Shown in pieces: positions 9,112 through 18,418 of a DNA stretch of 39,310 nucleotides. The first letter of the stretch is position 1, and every line of letters starts with the position of its first letter. Position numbers and translations under genes: made by a program. The DNA comes from a virus (Duplodnaviria > Caudoviricetes): positions 1 through 39,310 of the IMG/VR virus record IMGVR_UViG_3300044630_002986, one strand, 5' to 3'. The notes below the pieces were generated by a model. That model was not told the DNA's origin. It made no database searches and saw only the letters and a list, made by a program, of their open reading frames with translations.

Positions 9112-12100
9112 TTAAATAGGTCCTCCGTCAGTTATTGTCCAGTTATTAGGTCCTGTAGTTAACACACCTCTAGCCGTTGCCGCAGCACTTGGTGCTATTG
9201 AATATTGTGAATTACCGGCACTAAATATCACATTTGGTTGTACAGAAGGTAATGTTGCCCAACCAACTAAAAGTGCATTATAATTTGTTGTTGTTAATGT
9301 AACATTACTAAACATATTTGCCATACTTGTTACATTTGATATATCCCAAGAACCAAGGTTTTGTTCAAACTGTATTGCTTGATTAAACATACTTGACATA
9401 TTTGTAACATTTGAGACATCCCAAGAACTAATGTTTTGATTAAATAATTGAGCGTTATAGAACATACCTTGCATATTTGTAACAGAAGATGTATCCCAAG
9501 AACCAATTGGTTGATTAAAGTTAATACAACTAACAAATAATTGACCCATATTAGTAACAGATGATGTATTCCAATTATCAATTAATGGATTTCCACCATT
9601 ATTAAAGTTTTGACATGCGGCGAACATAGCACTAATATCAGTTGCACTTGACATATCCCAATTTGATAGATTACTATCAAATAAAACATCTTTTGTAAAC
9701 ATATTATTAAAATCTGTAACAGATGTTGTAACCCAAAGATTTGAATTATTAATTGTTGTTAGGTCTGAACAAGAACCAAATGTATTTCTTAACGTTAATT
9801 GACCGGTTAAGTCTGGTACGTCAACAACAGTATTTAAAGTTAAATTACCACAACCATTGAAGTGGCCACTGTAAGTATTGCCAAGTTTTAATTGACCCCA
9901 TTTTTCAACAGTTAATATATTTCTACTATATGCAGAATCAAAACTAAACGACCAACCATCAATAGTACCAAATATTTCAACGGTATATACACCAGGTGTT
10001 GCATATGTATGTAATTTTTGTGGACTATTCCAAGAATTAATTGTATTAAATGTTCCATCACCCCAATAAACAGTAAAATTATAATTCCCAGTATCAACTA
10101 ATGGTAATCTAATTTTAAACCCACTAAATGTTGTCCAAGTTGTAATAAATGATGGAATTACAGATGGTGTTGGAGTAACAGTAGGGGTAACCGTAGGAGT
10201 AACCGTAGGTGTAACTGTCATCGTAGGTGTAACCGTAGGTGTAACTGTCATCGTAGGTGTAATTGTAGGCGTAACGGTTGGTGTTGGTGTTGGTGGTAAA
10301 CCACAATAAACACAAGAAATATCATAATCAATTAAAAGATTTATTTTAACCTCAGCATCTGATAATGTATTAAAGTTTGTTGGTTTACAATTTTTATTAG
10401 TATCAGTACAATTATTTATAATTTTTACTGTATTTTTTTCTAAATCAAATTCTACACCGCCAACATCTGGATATTGTAAAAGTAAATCCTCCAAAACTAA
10501 TACCCATTCTTCGTCGGTTGGGTAGTCAGTTAGTCCAAAAGATGTATAAAATGTGGTTTCTTTAATAACACCATCAACAGAAACTTGTGCTGTAAATGTT
10601 GCACTATTTAATTCACAATTTGTATCATCAAATGTTAAATCATAATAACCCTCATTTAACATTTGTAACATACCTCGTCTACCAATAATACCGGTATTTT
10701 GGAAGTTTTGACTACAAATTGTAAAAGATTGTGAACCATAAATAAGTTCAGTTCCAGTTAGTGTTACTGTTTTTGTTAAAACACATCCTTGATTATCAAT
10801 TACTGTAAGTGTATATGTCCCAGCTGTTAAACCAGTTACATTTGGTGTTGTTTGTCCATTTACATTTGAACTCCAATTATATGTGAACGGTGGATTTCCA
10901 CTTGATATTAGTGTTTGAATTTCGCCATCATTACCATTAAATGTTGGTATTGTATATAAATCATAGTAAAGGTTCAATGAACTTGCTATTGTAAATCCAA
11001 CTGATTGTGTACAACCATTAATGTCGAAAACGGTTGCAATATAATTTCCTGGTGATAAATTAATAAATGTTGGTGTATTTTGTATTGGTTGACCGGTTAT
11101 TTGGTATGAATATGGTGTTGTACCACCGGTTGATGCCAATATTGTGACGCTTCCATTATTTAAACCACAACTTGTATCAGTTGTAACGGCTGTTATTGTA
11201 AATAAATCTGTATTTGATATTGTAATTGTTGTAGTATAAACACAAGGTGAACCATTAGATATTTCAAGTGTATAAGTATCAGATGGTAGTCCATTAAAAA
11301 CGGCAGTTGATAAGTTTGTAAAAGTCTGAACAAGATTACCTAAAGAATCTAATAAATTAAAAACAAACGAACCGCTTGGTGATCCAGCATTTACAGAAGC
11401 AGTTATTGTTCCATTATTATTTGAACAAGTAGAATTTGTTGATGTTATTGAGGCAATTGTAAATGCATTTGGGTTTAATAAAAGTATGGAACTAATGTCA
11501 GTACAAAGCCCAGCATCTTGGACAAAGACTGTTAATAATCCATGGCCTAAATTTGTAAATGTATATGATGGTGTAAATGTTACTAATGAGTCACCATTTG
11601 ACCCTGAAAAGAAGTATGGTCCAGTACCACCGGCCACATTGACAATTACTTGACCATCATTATTAAAACAAGTCGGTTGAGTAGGTATTATAGATGTGAT
11701 TGTTATACCTGGAATTGTATTAATTGTTGTCCCAAGTGATGTTGTACAACCATTACTATCAGTAACAGTAACAGTATAAGCATTACTTGTTAATCCGGTT
11801 ATAAAGTCTGTTGTTTCACCATTTGACCATAAATAAGTATATGGTGGAGTTCCAGTAATACCGGTAATATAAATTTTACCATTATTTACAACACCATTAC
11901 AACTATTATTATCAATAACGTAAAACCCAAAATTTAAAGGTGTTGATGAATATATTATACAACTTTCACTCCTACCAGTACAACCACCACCATCGTCACC
12001 AATGACATAATATGTATCAGCAGATAAACTTAATGGGAATGTAAATGTATTTGTAGAAGTTGTCGCACTTTCAATAAAATTATCATTAATATCGTAAAGA

Positions 12101-12471
12101 AATGCAGTACCTTGACCATAAAATGTGGTAAATGTAACATCAAGAGTTCCATTATCTAAACCACATGTTGTTCCTGTTGTATCAATTGACACACAAGTAC
12201 CTGATGAGATATTAATATCAATGTAGTTTATTGATGGTCCAGGAACCAAACAAAAATCTTCAACGGCTAGTGTATAATTACCAGCTGGTAAATTATCAAC
12301 AAAATAATTAAGTGTTGCCGCTGATGTTGGGAACAAACCACTTGTTGTAACTTCATAAACTGTATATGGTGGTGCCGTACTCCCGGTAAATTCAAGATAT
12401 ATCGCACCAAGTGAACTATTAGTACAGTCACCAGTTATTGATAAAGTATATTGTATTGTTCCACAACTCAT
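9112..12471 (-). CDS. Adhesin-like fibre: SprB repeats, (TP)n linker, PKD-like domain and DUF285/BspA-type repeats
   Basis: Multiple GTPPYTYLWSNG..GLT...YTVTVTDSNGC repeats, FTVYWGDG..HTYATPGVYTVEI, and tandem W(D/N)xSxVTNMxxMF..FNQxIxx repeats near the C-terminus. Confidence 0.8.
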   Translation of the reverse strand: MSCGTIQYTLSITGDCTNSSLGAIYLEFTGSTAPPYTVYEVTTSGLFPTSAATLNYFVDNLPAGNYTLAVEDFCLVPGPSINYIDINISSGTCVSIDTTGTTCGLDNGTLDVTFTTFYGQGTAFLYDINDNFIESATTSTNTFTFPLSLSADTYYVIGDDGGGCTGRSESCIIYSSTPLNFGFYVIDNNSCNGVVNNGKIYITGITGTPPYTYLWSNGETTDFITGLTSNAYTVTVTDSNGCTTSLGTTINTIPGITITSIIPTQPTCFNNDGQVIVNVAGGTGPYFFSGSNGDSLVTFTPSYTFTNLGHGLLTVFVQDAGLCTDISSILLLNPNAFTIASITSTNSTCSNNNGTITASVNAGSPSGSFVFNLLDSLGNLVQTFTNLSTAVFNGLPSDTYTLEISNGSPCVYTTTITISNTDLFTITAVTTDTSCGLNNGSVTILASTGGTTPYSYQITGQPIQNTPTFINLSPGNYIATVFDINGCTQSVGFTIASSLNLYYDLYTIPTFNGNDGEIQTLISSGNPPFTYNWSSNVNGQTTPNVTGLTAGTYTLTVIDNQGCVLTKTVTLTGTELIYGSQSFTICSQNFQNTGIIGRRGMLQMLNEGYYDLTFDDTNCELNSATFTAQVSVDGVIKETTFYTSFGLTDYPTDEEWVLVLEDLLLQYPDVGGVEFDLEKNTVKIINNCTDTNKNCKPTNFNTLSDAEVKINLLIDYDISCVYCGLPPTPTPTVTPTITPTMTVTPTVTPTMTVTPTVTPTVTPTVTPTPSVIPSFITTWTTFSGFKIRLPLVDTGNYNFTVYWGDGTFNTINSWNSPQKLHTYATPGVYTVEIFGTIDGWSFSFDSAYSRNILTVEKWGQLKLGNTYSGHFNGCGNLTLNTVVDVPDLTGQLTLRNTFGSCSDLTTINNSNLWVTTSVTDFNNMFTKDVLFDSNLSNWDMSSATDISAMFAACQNFNNGGNPLIDNWNTSSVTNMGQLFVSCINFNQPIGSWDTSSVTNMQGMFYNAQLFNQNISSWDVSNVTNMSSMFNQAIQFEQNLGSWDISNVTSMANMFSNVTLTTTNYNALLVGWATLPSVQPNVIFSAGNSQYSIAPSAAATARGVLTTGPNNWTITDGGPI
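10165..10297 (-). repeat. Coding tandem repeat encoding a (TPTV/TPTM)n linker, including an exact 30-nt duplication
   Basis: AACCGTAGGTGTAACTGTCATCGTAGGTGT occurs at both 10201-10230 and 10231-10260, flanked by degenerate 12-nt units. Confidence 0.9.
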
Positions 12472-15400
12472 TGATTACATAATATATTAAAGTTTATTGA
12501 TGCGTTAATTTCAAATGTTTGTAATATGTTTAACGGAATACAATTACTATTATATACTGTTATAACACCATTATCATTTAAAAAGTAACTTAACCCATAA
12601 TTTTGTAAATCCACTAAAGCTAGAATAACACCTTCAATCCATTGTGATATTGTTGGTGCGCTTATATTTCCATTATTAAGACCATAACCTTGGAAATATA
12701 AATAATTGATAATTGTATTACCATTAAATTTAACATTAACATACCAGTTTGATTGTATTGTATTTGTTAGACAATTATTTATTGGTATATTATTATTTTG
12801 TTTTAAATAATTTGCAACAGTATTAACTAACACATTATTAAATGATTGTGTTGTTGTTGAACCATTAAACCCTTTTAAATTACATTCAATTGATTGTATT
12901 GGACAGTCATATGCAAATATTTGACCCACCAAGTAACAAGGTTTACAAGGTACTGGAATAATCTGACAACCTCTTTGTCTTCTCCACACAAATTTTTGGC
13001 GATGGAATATTGAGTTTTCATATTTAACTCCGGTATTCCAAATGGTTGTTGCCGGAATCATTTGTTCAATCAATCTAACCCAATAGTCACCCATTCCATT
13101 TACATAATCAATCATAGTTTGATATGTGAAATTATCATTTGGGATATTTATTGCTTGTTCAGACTCCAAATATCTCCAATAAATTGATTGTAGGGTTGGG
13201 TAACCACCTGTTTTACCATCAGTTATAAATTGCCTATTTCTTACATTTATTGTATTTTGCCAAAATGTTTGTGCAAACTCAAAAAATGTTTTTTGTTTTG
13301 GTTTTGGTACAATCTCGGTCCAGTCAATACCACCTCTTTGTGGATATGGGGTATTTGGATTTGGGTTACAATATGTTGGTTCAACATAATTTAGACCTTG
13401 TTCTGGTATTGGGTAATTATAAGTTCTTGACATACTCCAAACATCATAAGCTAATCCTTGTGCTGGGTTCATAAAAATATCAACATTCTTAACGTTGAGT
13501 ACTAATCTATCATCACCAATCGTGTATCTTGCGTTAAAATTACCATCTGAACTTTGTCTATTTACATCGTTTGTGTCAATCCAACTTTTTTTATTGTCAG
13601 TAACTCTTCTTAATCTAAAACCAATATCCATATATGGGAAATTAATATATCTTTGTAAATATTGTTCACCATAATTAAAAGGTTGTAATACTGTTTGATA
13701 TGTTGGGTTTGCACCAGTAAATACACTATTAGTTAAATCAACTTGCTCTGGCATCCTATGTTGTGGTGTTGATTCAAACCAACCACCACCTATCTGGAAA
13801 TAATAAGATTCTGATGGTTCAACCATAGCTGGGTAACCATTTTCATCAATTGGGTAGTCAGCAATAGTTGTTGCAACATCCTGTATTATAGTTTGTGTTG
13901 TAATTCCAGTGTATTGTACCCCCATTATTGAATATATGTCATTAGTATCTAATACGGGTAATTCTTGTGAATATGTTCCACCGGAAATTTGAGCATATTG
14001 TGTATCAAATTGATTAATATTTATTTTTTGATCCGCTAAATATACATATTCATTAAATTCAACCAAGGCCTCTGGTGCTCCAATTAGTCTTAATAAAATT
14101 TCTATTGATTTTCTGGTTCCTTTTGATTTAAATAGATATGCCGAGTTTAATATTAAATTTCTGTAGTACTGATAATTTATTTCTTCTGGTGTCATTCCTT
14201 TTGATACACCACTAAAATTACTTTCACTTGTTGAGAACACAGAACTTAATAGTTCTTCGTTTGATATTGGTGAAATATTTATATTCCAACCCAATGTTTG
14301 TGCTAAATTTTTTAATAATTGTGATGGTATATCATTTTTAACATTATATTTTACAGAATTTATTGTTGATAATGCATCAATAAATTGTTTTGTTTGGTCA
14401 AAACTTCTACCATATATTTGTAATACTTTTTCAACTTTTTGATCTGGAGTATCAAACTCTTTAATAGCACCGGTTGTTAAAAACCTTGAAATTAAATTTG
14501 TTTGGTATGTGTCTAGGTTTTCTGCAATTGAGTTTATCTGGTCAAGATAATTTGTAAATCTAACAGTTCTAATATCAAGATTCCAAAAATTAGAATCTAA
14601 TGGGAAATTAACAGTTTCTTTAGCAATATAATATGTTCCATTATCAGTTTCTCTTGGAACCTGGAAAATTGCCGTATATATTGGTGAAATTTGTCTATTT
14701 AATAAAAAATTTTCTACCGTATCAAAATCTTCATTAAAAACTTTATTTGTATAAAAATCATTTGGTCTTATTAATAAAGTTTGATAAGTTACTCCATCAG
14801 CACTAAACGGTTTACCTTGAACTACAATACTTAAAACTTGACTTGTATTATCTGTTGGTGTTATAAAGTTTAAAGGATAGCTTTCATTACCAATGAATAA
14901 CGAATATTTTTGAAATTGGTTTGTTAGATTTCTTAATGGTGATATTTGTATCTCTGATGCTTGGAAATTAACGTTTGCTCTTGTTGTATAATCAATTCCA
15001 AAAGGGTTCCTAATTGAGGAAAGTAAAATTTCAAAAGACGTTTCATCCTCAACCGGATTGTAAACAATATTTTGTGCTGTTTGTTGTTGTAAATAATTCT
15101 GTGTTGTTTCATAAATTTCAAGTCCAGCTGGAAAATAATTTATAATCTTTGATACTGAAACAGAAAAACGTTTAACTAATGATCCGTATAATGTGAAATT
15201 TGTTACTTGTGATAAATCATAGTTTGGGTAAACAGTAAAATTTTTTTCAATTATTGTTTTTGTTTCAACAATTGAGTCAATTCCAATTGATTCCAAATTT
15301 ATTGGGTCAGAAAATGCTCCAATTGAGAATGTCCTATTTTGTTTTTCAGTTATAGCTGTTGTGAACTCAAAATTTCCCTGAGTAAAACCTCCCCCATCAA

Positions 15401-15485
15401 CCAATTGTAATCCAACAAGGTTGTCTGAAAATGTTCCAGCTCCAGAGGCTGATTGTGGTGGACAAGTATATTTTTTAACTGCCAT
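12468..15485 (-). CDS. Baseplate wedge protein with a P2 gpI-like segment
   Basis: IPSQLLKNLAQTLGWN...YYRNLILNSAYLFKSKGTRKSIEILLRLIG matches the gpI/T4 gp7-like pattern. ATGA and TAATG coupling at its ends. Confidence 0.65.
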   Translation of the reverse strand: MAVKKYTCPPQSASGAGTFSDNLVGLQLVDGGGFTQGNFEFTTAITEKQNRTFSIGAFSDPINLESIGIDSIVETKTIIEKNFTVYPNYDLSQVTNFTLYGSLVKRFSVSVSKIINYFPAGLEIYETTQNYLQQQTAQNIVYNPVEDETSFEILLSSIRNPFGIDYTTRANVNFQASEIQISPLRNLTNQFQKYSLFIGNESYPLNFITPTDNTSQVLSIVVQGKPFSADGVTYQTLLIRPNDFYTNKVFNEDFDTVENFLLNRQISPIYTAIFQVPRETDNGTYYIAKETVNFPLDSNFWNLDIRTVRFTNYLDQINSIAENLDTYQTNLISRFLTTGAIKEFDTPDQKVEKVLQIYGRSFDQTKQFIDALSTINSVKYNVKNDIPSQLLKNLAQTLGWNINISPISNEELLSSVFSTSESNFSGVSKGMTPEEINYQYYRNLILNSAYLFKSKGTRKSIEILLRLIGAPEALVEFNEYVYLADQKININQFDTQYAQISGGTYSQELPVLDTNDIYSIMGVQYTGITTQTIIQDVATTIADYPIDENGYPAMVEPSESYYFQIGGGWFESTPQHRMPEQVDLTNSVFTGANPTYQTVLQPFNYGEQYLQRYINFPYMDIGFRLRRVTDNKKSWIDTNDVNRQSSDGNFNARYTIGDDRLVLNVKNVDIFMNPAQGLAYDVWSMSRTYNYPIPEQGLNYVEPTYCNPNPNTPYPQRGGIDWTEIVPKPKQKTFFEFAQTFWQNTINVRNRQFITDGKTGGYPTLQSIYWRYLESEQAINIPNDNFTYQTMIDYVNGMGDYWVRLIEQMIPATTIWNTGVKYENSIFHRQKFVWRRQRGCQIIPVPCKPCYLVGQIFAYDCPIQSIECNLKGFNGSTTTQSFNNVLVNTVANYLKQNNNIPINNCLTNTIQSNWYVNVKFNGNTIINYLYFQGYGLNNGNISAPTISQWIEGVILALVDLQNYGLSYFLNDNGVITVYNSNCIPLNILQTFEINASINFNILCNQ

Positions 15486-16393
15486 TATCCTGTTATGTTA
15501 TTAAAAGCTTTGCTAAAATCAATGTTATTACCTCTATCTTGTCTAACTTCATAAAGAAGTTCATTAAATTGGTCTCTAATTTCGTATAAGTTGTATTGTT
15601 TATAGATATTATTACCACTATCATAAATTGTGTAAACTCCATCATCAATAGACTTGGTTTGATTTCCATAAAGAGCAATTGCTAATGTAGAAATGTCGTG
15701 TTCAGCAATTTCTATTTCCGTTGTTATTGGGTTAAAGAAAGTGTTAGTAATAATAATACTTTGGTCCGGTTGTCCAATAAATGGTGTTGCATTTGGTTTA
15801 TTTGTTGGTGCTGATGATGGTGATAATGTACAAAACATTAAATTTGTTGTACCATCAACATATCTATATCTAATTGATTTTTGTAATGTATTTGTAAGGT
15901 TTTGATATACCGGTTCACAATAAAATGATGAGGTTACAATTCTAAAAAAGTTTGGGATTTTTGTTCCATCACTATTTAGATATTCAACTCTAAATCCAAT
16001 CAAACCTTGATTTACAAACTTATTTCTATATTCGGAAGGAACATTATTTAAATCAATAATAATACCTTTAACATTTGGGAGTGCTGATAAAACACCACAA
16101 TCTGTAATTGTTGTTCTGATTTCAGCAGGTCTAATATAAAGTGTATATATTCCGAGTTTATTGAATTGGTCAACTGGAAGTCTTAAATTATATAATCCCC
16201 CAAGTATTTCAACATTTGCATTACCACCAGTATTTGCGTTATGAAAATATGGTCTTAAAATATTTTTAGCGTCTAACTTTGTTAGAGTAAAATTATCAGT
16301 ATCATCTCTTGATGGTGTATAATTTAAAAGTATTTCAACATCATCAGGACTAACGTCAGAGGGTCTTATTGTTCCGTAAGTTCCAGTAGCCAC
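15485..16393 (-). CDS. Probable virion structural protein (GTG start)
   Basis: 302-aa ORF in the baseplate module, coupled to the downstream gene, with TATTTATA upstream at 16428-16435. Confidence 0.55.
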   Translation of the reverse strand: MATGTYGTIRPSDVSPDDVEILLNYTPSRDDTDNFTLTKLDAKNILRPYFHNANTGGNANVEILGGLYNLRLPVDQFNKLGIYTLYIRPAEIRTTITDCGVLSALPNVKGIIIDLNNVPSEYRNKFVNQGLIGFRVEYLNSDGTKIPNFFRIVTSSFYCEPVYQNLTNTLQKSIRYRYVDGTTNLMFCTLSPSSAPTNKPNATPFIGQPDQSIIITNTFFNPITTEIEIAEHDISTLAIALYGNQTKSIDDGVYTIYDSGNNIYKQYNLYEIRDQFNELLYEVRQDRGNNIDFSKAFNNITG

Positions 16394-16442
16394 AGTTTAT
16401 TATTTTTATTTTTTATTGTCTTCAAATTATAAATACTTAAAA

Positions 16443-17612
16443 TCATTGTTTTTCAACCTTGAAATATCCATATCCATACTTTTCTAAATCTCCGATATTG
16501 TCCACTTCACCAAGTCTTTCTATTTGTTCAAGGCCGGTTATTTTACCTCTTTCGATAAAGATGTTTGTCTGAACTTCTGGTTCGTCAATTACATTTAGGT
16601 ATGCTTCATTTTTTGTAAGTGCTGATAATATTAAATCATTTTGTGTAAATCCAGATGATTCCATAACATAAAGCGTAAAACCATCTTCATAATCATAATA
16701 ATCAATTTCATTTATTGTATAGGCCGTATATATATTTGTGATATCTGGACCCCAAAATGTTCCAATAGTACCGGTTGATCCTGTTACTTGAACGCCAGGT
16801 TTAAATTTTCCGGCAAACAAATTTTGTTTTGGTCCATATTGCGCTAAATCATTTACTGTTGATTGTGTATATCCAGTTATTATAAATGGAACATTTGTAT
16901 AATTAAAACTATAAAATGCGTTTATATCTGTATTTGAGTCACCAGAAAAAATGTAATCATAATTAAACAAAGTTGAGGACCAACTACCTCCAGCTGGAGT
17001 AAAAAAAGCAGTTCCGTTTGGATTTGTTATTGGTACATTTGTGAATGGAACTGTAATTGTTTTAACAACAGTAGAAATACCCCAAGGTGATGTTGCTTTT
17101 AGTGTTATGTTATAATCACCGTCATTCACATAATTATGTGTTAATGGTGCGGTTCCACTTATTTGTTGTGTTGGTGAAAAATCACCCCAGTCAACAACAT
17201 ATGTGACCAAGGATAGAAATTTCTTTAATTCCAGTTCGGATGTATTATAGACCGAAAATGTATATGGTGATAGTATAGTTGATTCAAATAAAAAATTATT
17301 TATCACTTCTTTTTGTAAAATTGCTCCATCAAATAAAGAATAATATCCAATATCAACAGCTGTTTGTGTAAATAGCAGTGGAATTGTAAGTCCGGTTAAC
17401 ACAGATTCACCGTTTGTTCCACCACTTAAAAGTTGTGTAATACCAGTGTAATATCCGGTTACACCAGTATATGTTTCAACTGTTATTCCCGTAATAGGAC
17501 AACAAGGATCAACATCATAAAATGTTTCAGTACCGGCCGTATATTTAACCTGGACAATATCACTTTTAATGTTTTCTGGTGAAATTTTAAAATAATATAT
17601 TTGTGCTTCCAT
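16443..17612 (-). CDS. PKD-domain-containing structural protein
   Basis: YVVDWGDFS..THNYVNDGDYNITLKA is a PKD signature. Confidence 0.6.
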   Translation of the reverse strand: MEAQIYYFKISPENIKSDIVQVKYTAGTETFYDVDPCCPITGITVETYTGVTGYYTGITQLLSGGTNGESVLTGLTIPLLFTQTAVDIGYYSLFDGAILQKEVINNFLFESTILSPYTFSVYNTSELELKKFLSLVTYVVDWGDFSPTQQISGTAPLTHNYVNDGDYNITLKATSPWGISTVVKTITVPFTNVPITNPNGTAFFTPAGGSWSSTLFNYDYIFSGDSNTDINAFYSFNYTNVPFIITGYTQSTVNDLAQYGPKQNLFAGKFKPGVQVTGSTGTIGTFWGPDITNIYTAYTINEIDYYDYEDGFTLYVMESSGFTQNDLILSALTKNEAYLNVIDEPEVQTNIFIERGKITGLEQIERLGEVDNIGDLEKYGYGYFKVEKQ

Positions 17613-17614
17613 TA

Positions 17615-18418
17615 TTAAGGGTCAATGTATTCATACCACATTAGAGGTGAAGTGAGACTACCAATTCTTTGATTGGTTGTTGTGTCAAAAACTTCATAGG
17701 TTTTAGTTTGGTAATCTAAAACCACCTTATAATAAAAATATTTTGAAGTATCAAAATTAAATACGTTTGGTGTTATATTTGGTTGTGGTGTGTTTGTCAT
17801 TTGTTTATATAAACCGTCTTTACCATTGAAGAATTTAGCTTTCATATAAAATTCAGTTAAGTTAATGTAATCTCTTTTTCTTAACCAATAAATGTAATAA
17901 CCTTCTTTATCACCGATACAATCTAAAATCATATCTGGTATTTTAACGTCTACATTACCAATTATTGTGTTTAATGTAACGTTTTGTGTTAATCCTTGTT
18001 GAATTGGTAAAATTATTGTAAAGTACAATGTTTGTGTTTTTTCATCTTGAGTATCATAAAAATCAAGTTTGAAAAAAGACTTTGTAAATGGTTTTGTAAA
18101 ATAATATAATTCTGTGTCCAAAAATCCTTCTGGTGTGTAATCTACAACCCAATTTGCTGGTGTTGCGTTTATAATAGGAACTGTATTATTAAAAAAATGA
18201 AATTTATAATTTATTTCGGTATTTCCATTTAAAAATTCTTTATGTGAGAATCTAACAATCTCAAAATCACCTGGTATACCAATTACCTCTCTAACCATTT
18301 CTTCTTGATATTCTTCAACGCTATCAGTTCTGCCGCCAAAATCCCATTTCATCTCAATAGGAATATTGATAAACTTGTCGTCAATTGGTAATTGTATTTT
18401 TATTTTATTCACATCCAT
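17615..18418 (-). CDS. Hypothetical protein, probably structural
   Basis: 267-aa ORF tightly packed in the baseplate operon, aromatic and beta-rich. Confidence 0.55.
   Translation of the reverse strand: MDVNKIKIQLPIDDKFINIPIEMKWDFGGRTDSVEEYQEEMVREVIGIPGDFEIVRFSHKEFLNGNTEINYKFHFFNNTVPIINATPANWVVDYTPEGFLDTELYYFTKPFTKSFFKLDFYDTQDEKTQTLYFTIILPIQQGLTQNVTLNTIIGNVDVKIPDMILDCIGDKEGYYIYWLRKRDYINLTEFYMKAKFFNGKDGLYKQMTNTPQPNITPNVFNFDTSKYFYYKVVLDYQTKTYEVFDTTTNQRIGSLTSPLMWYEYIDP

Noticed and set aside
10165-10297. Possible CRISPR array or DGR repeat
   Set aside because: The units are directly adjacent with no spacers and are in-frame coding. No cas gene, reverse transcriptase or adenine-variable repeat pair is seen in the window.
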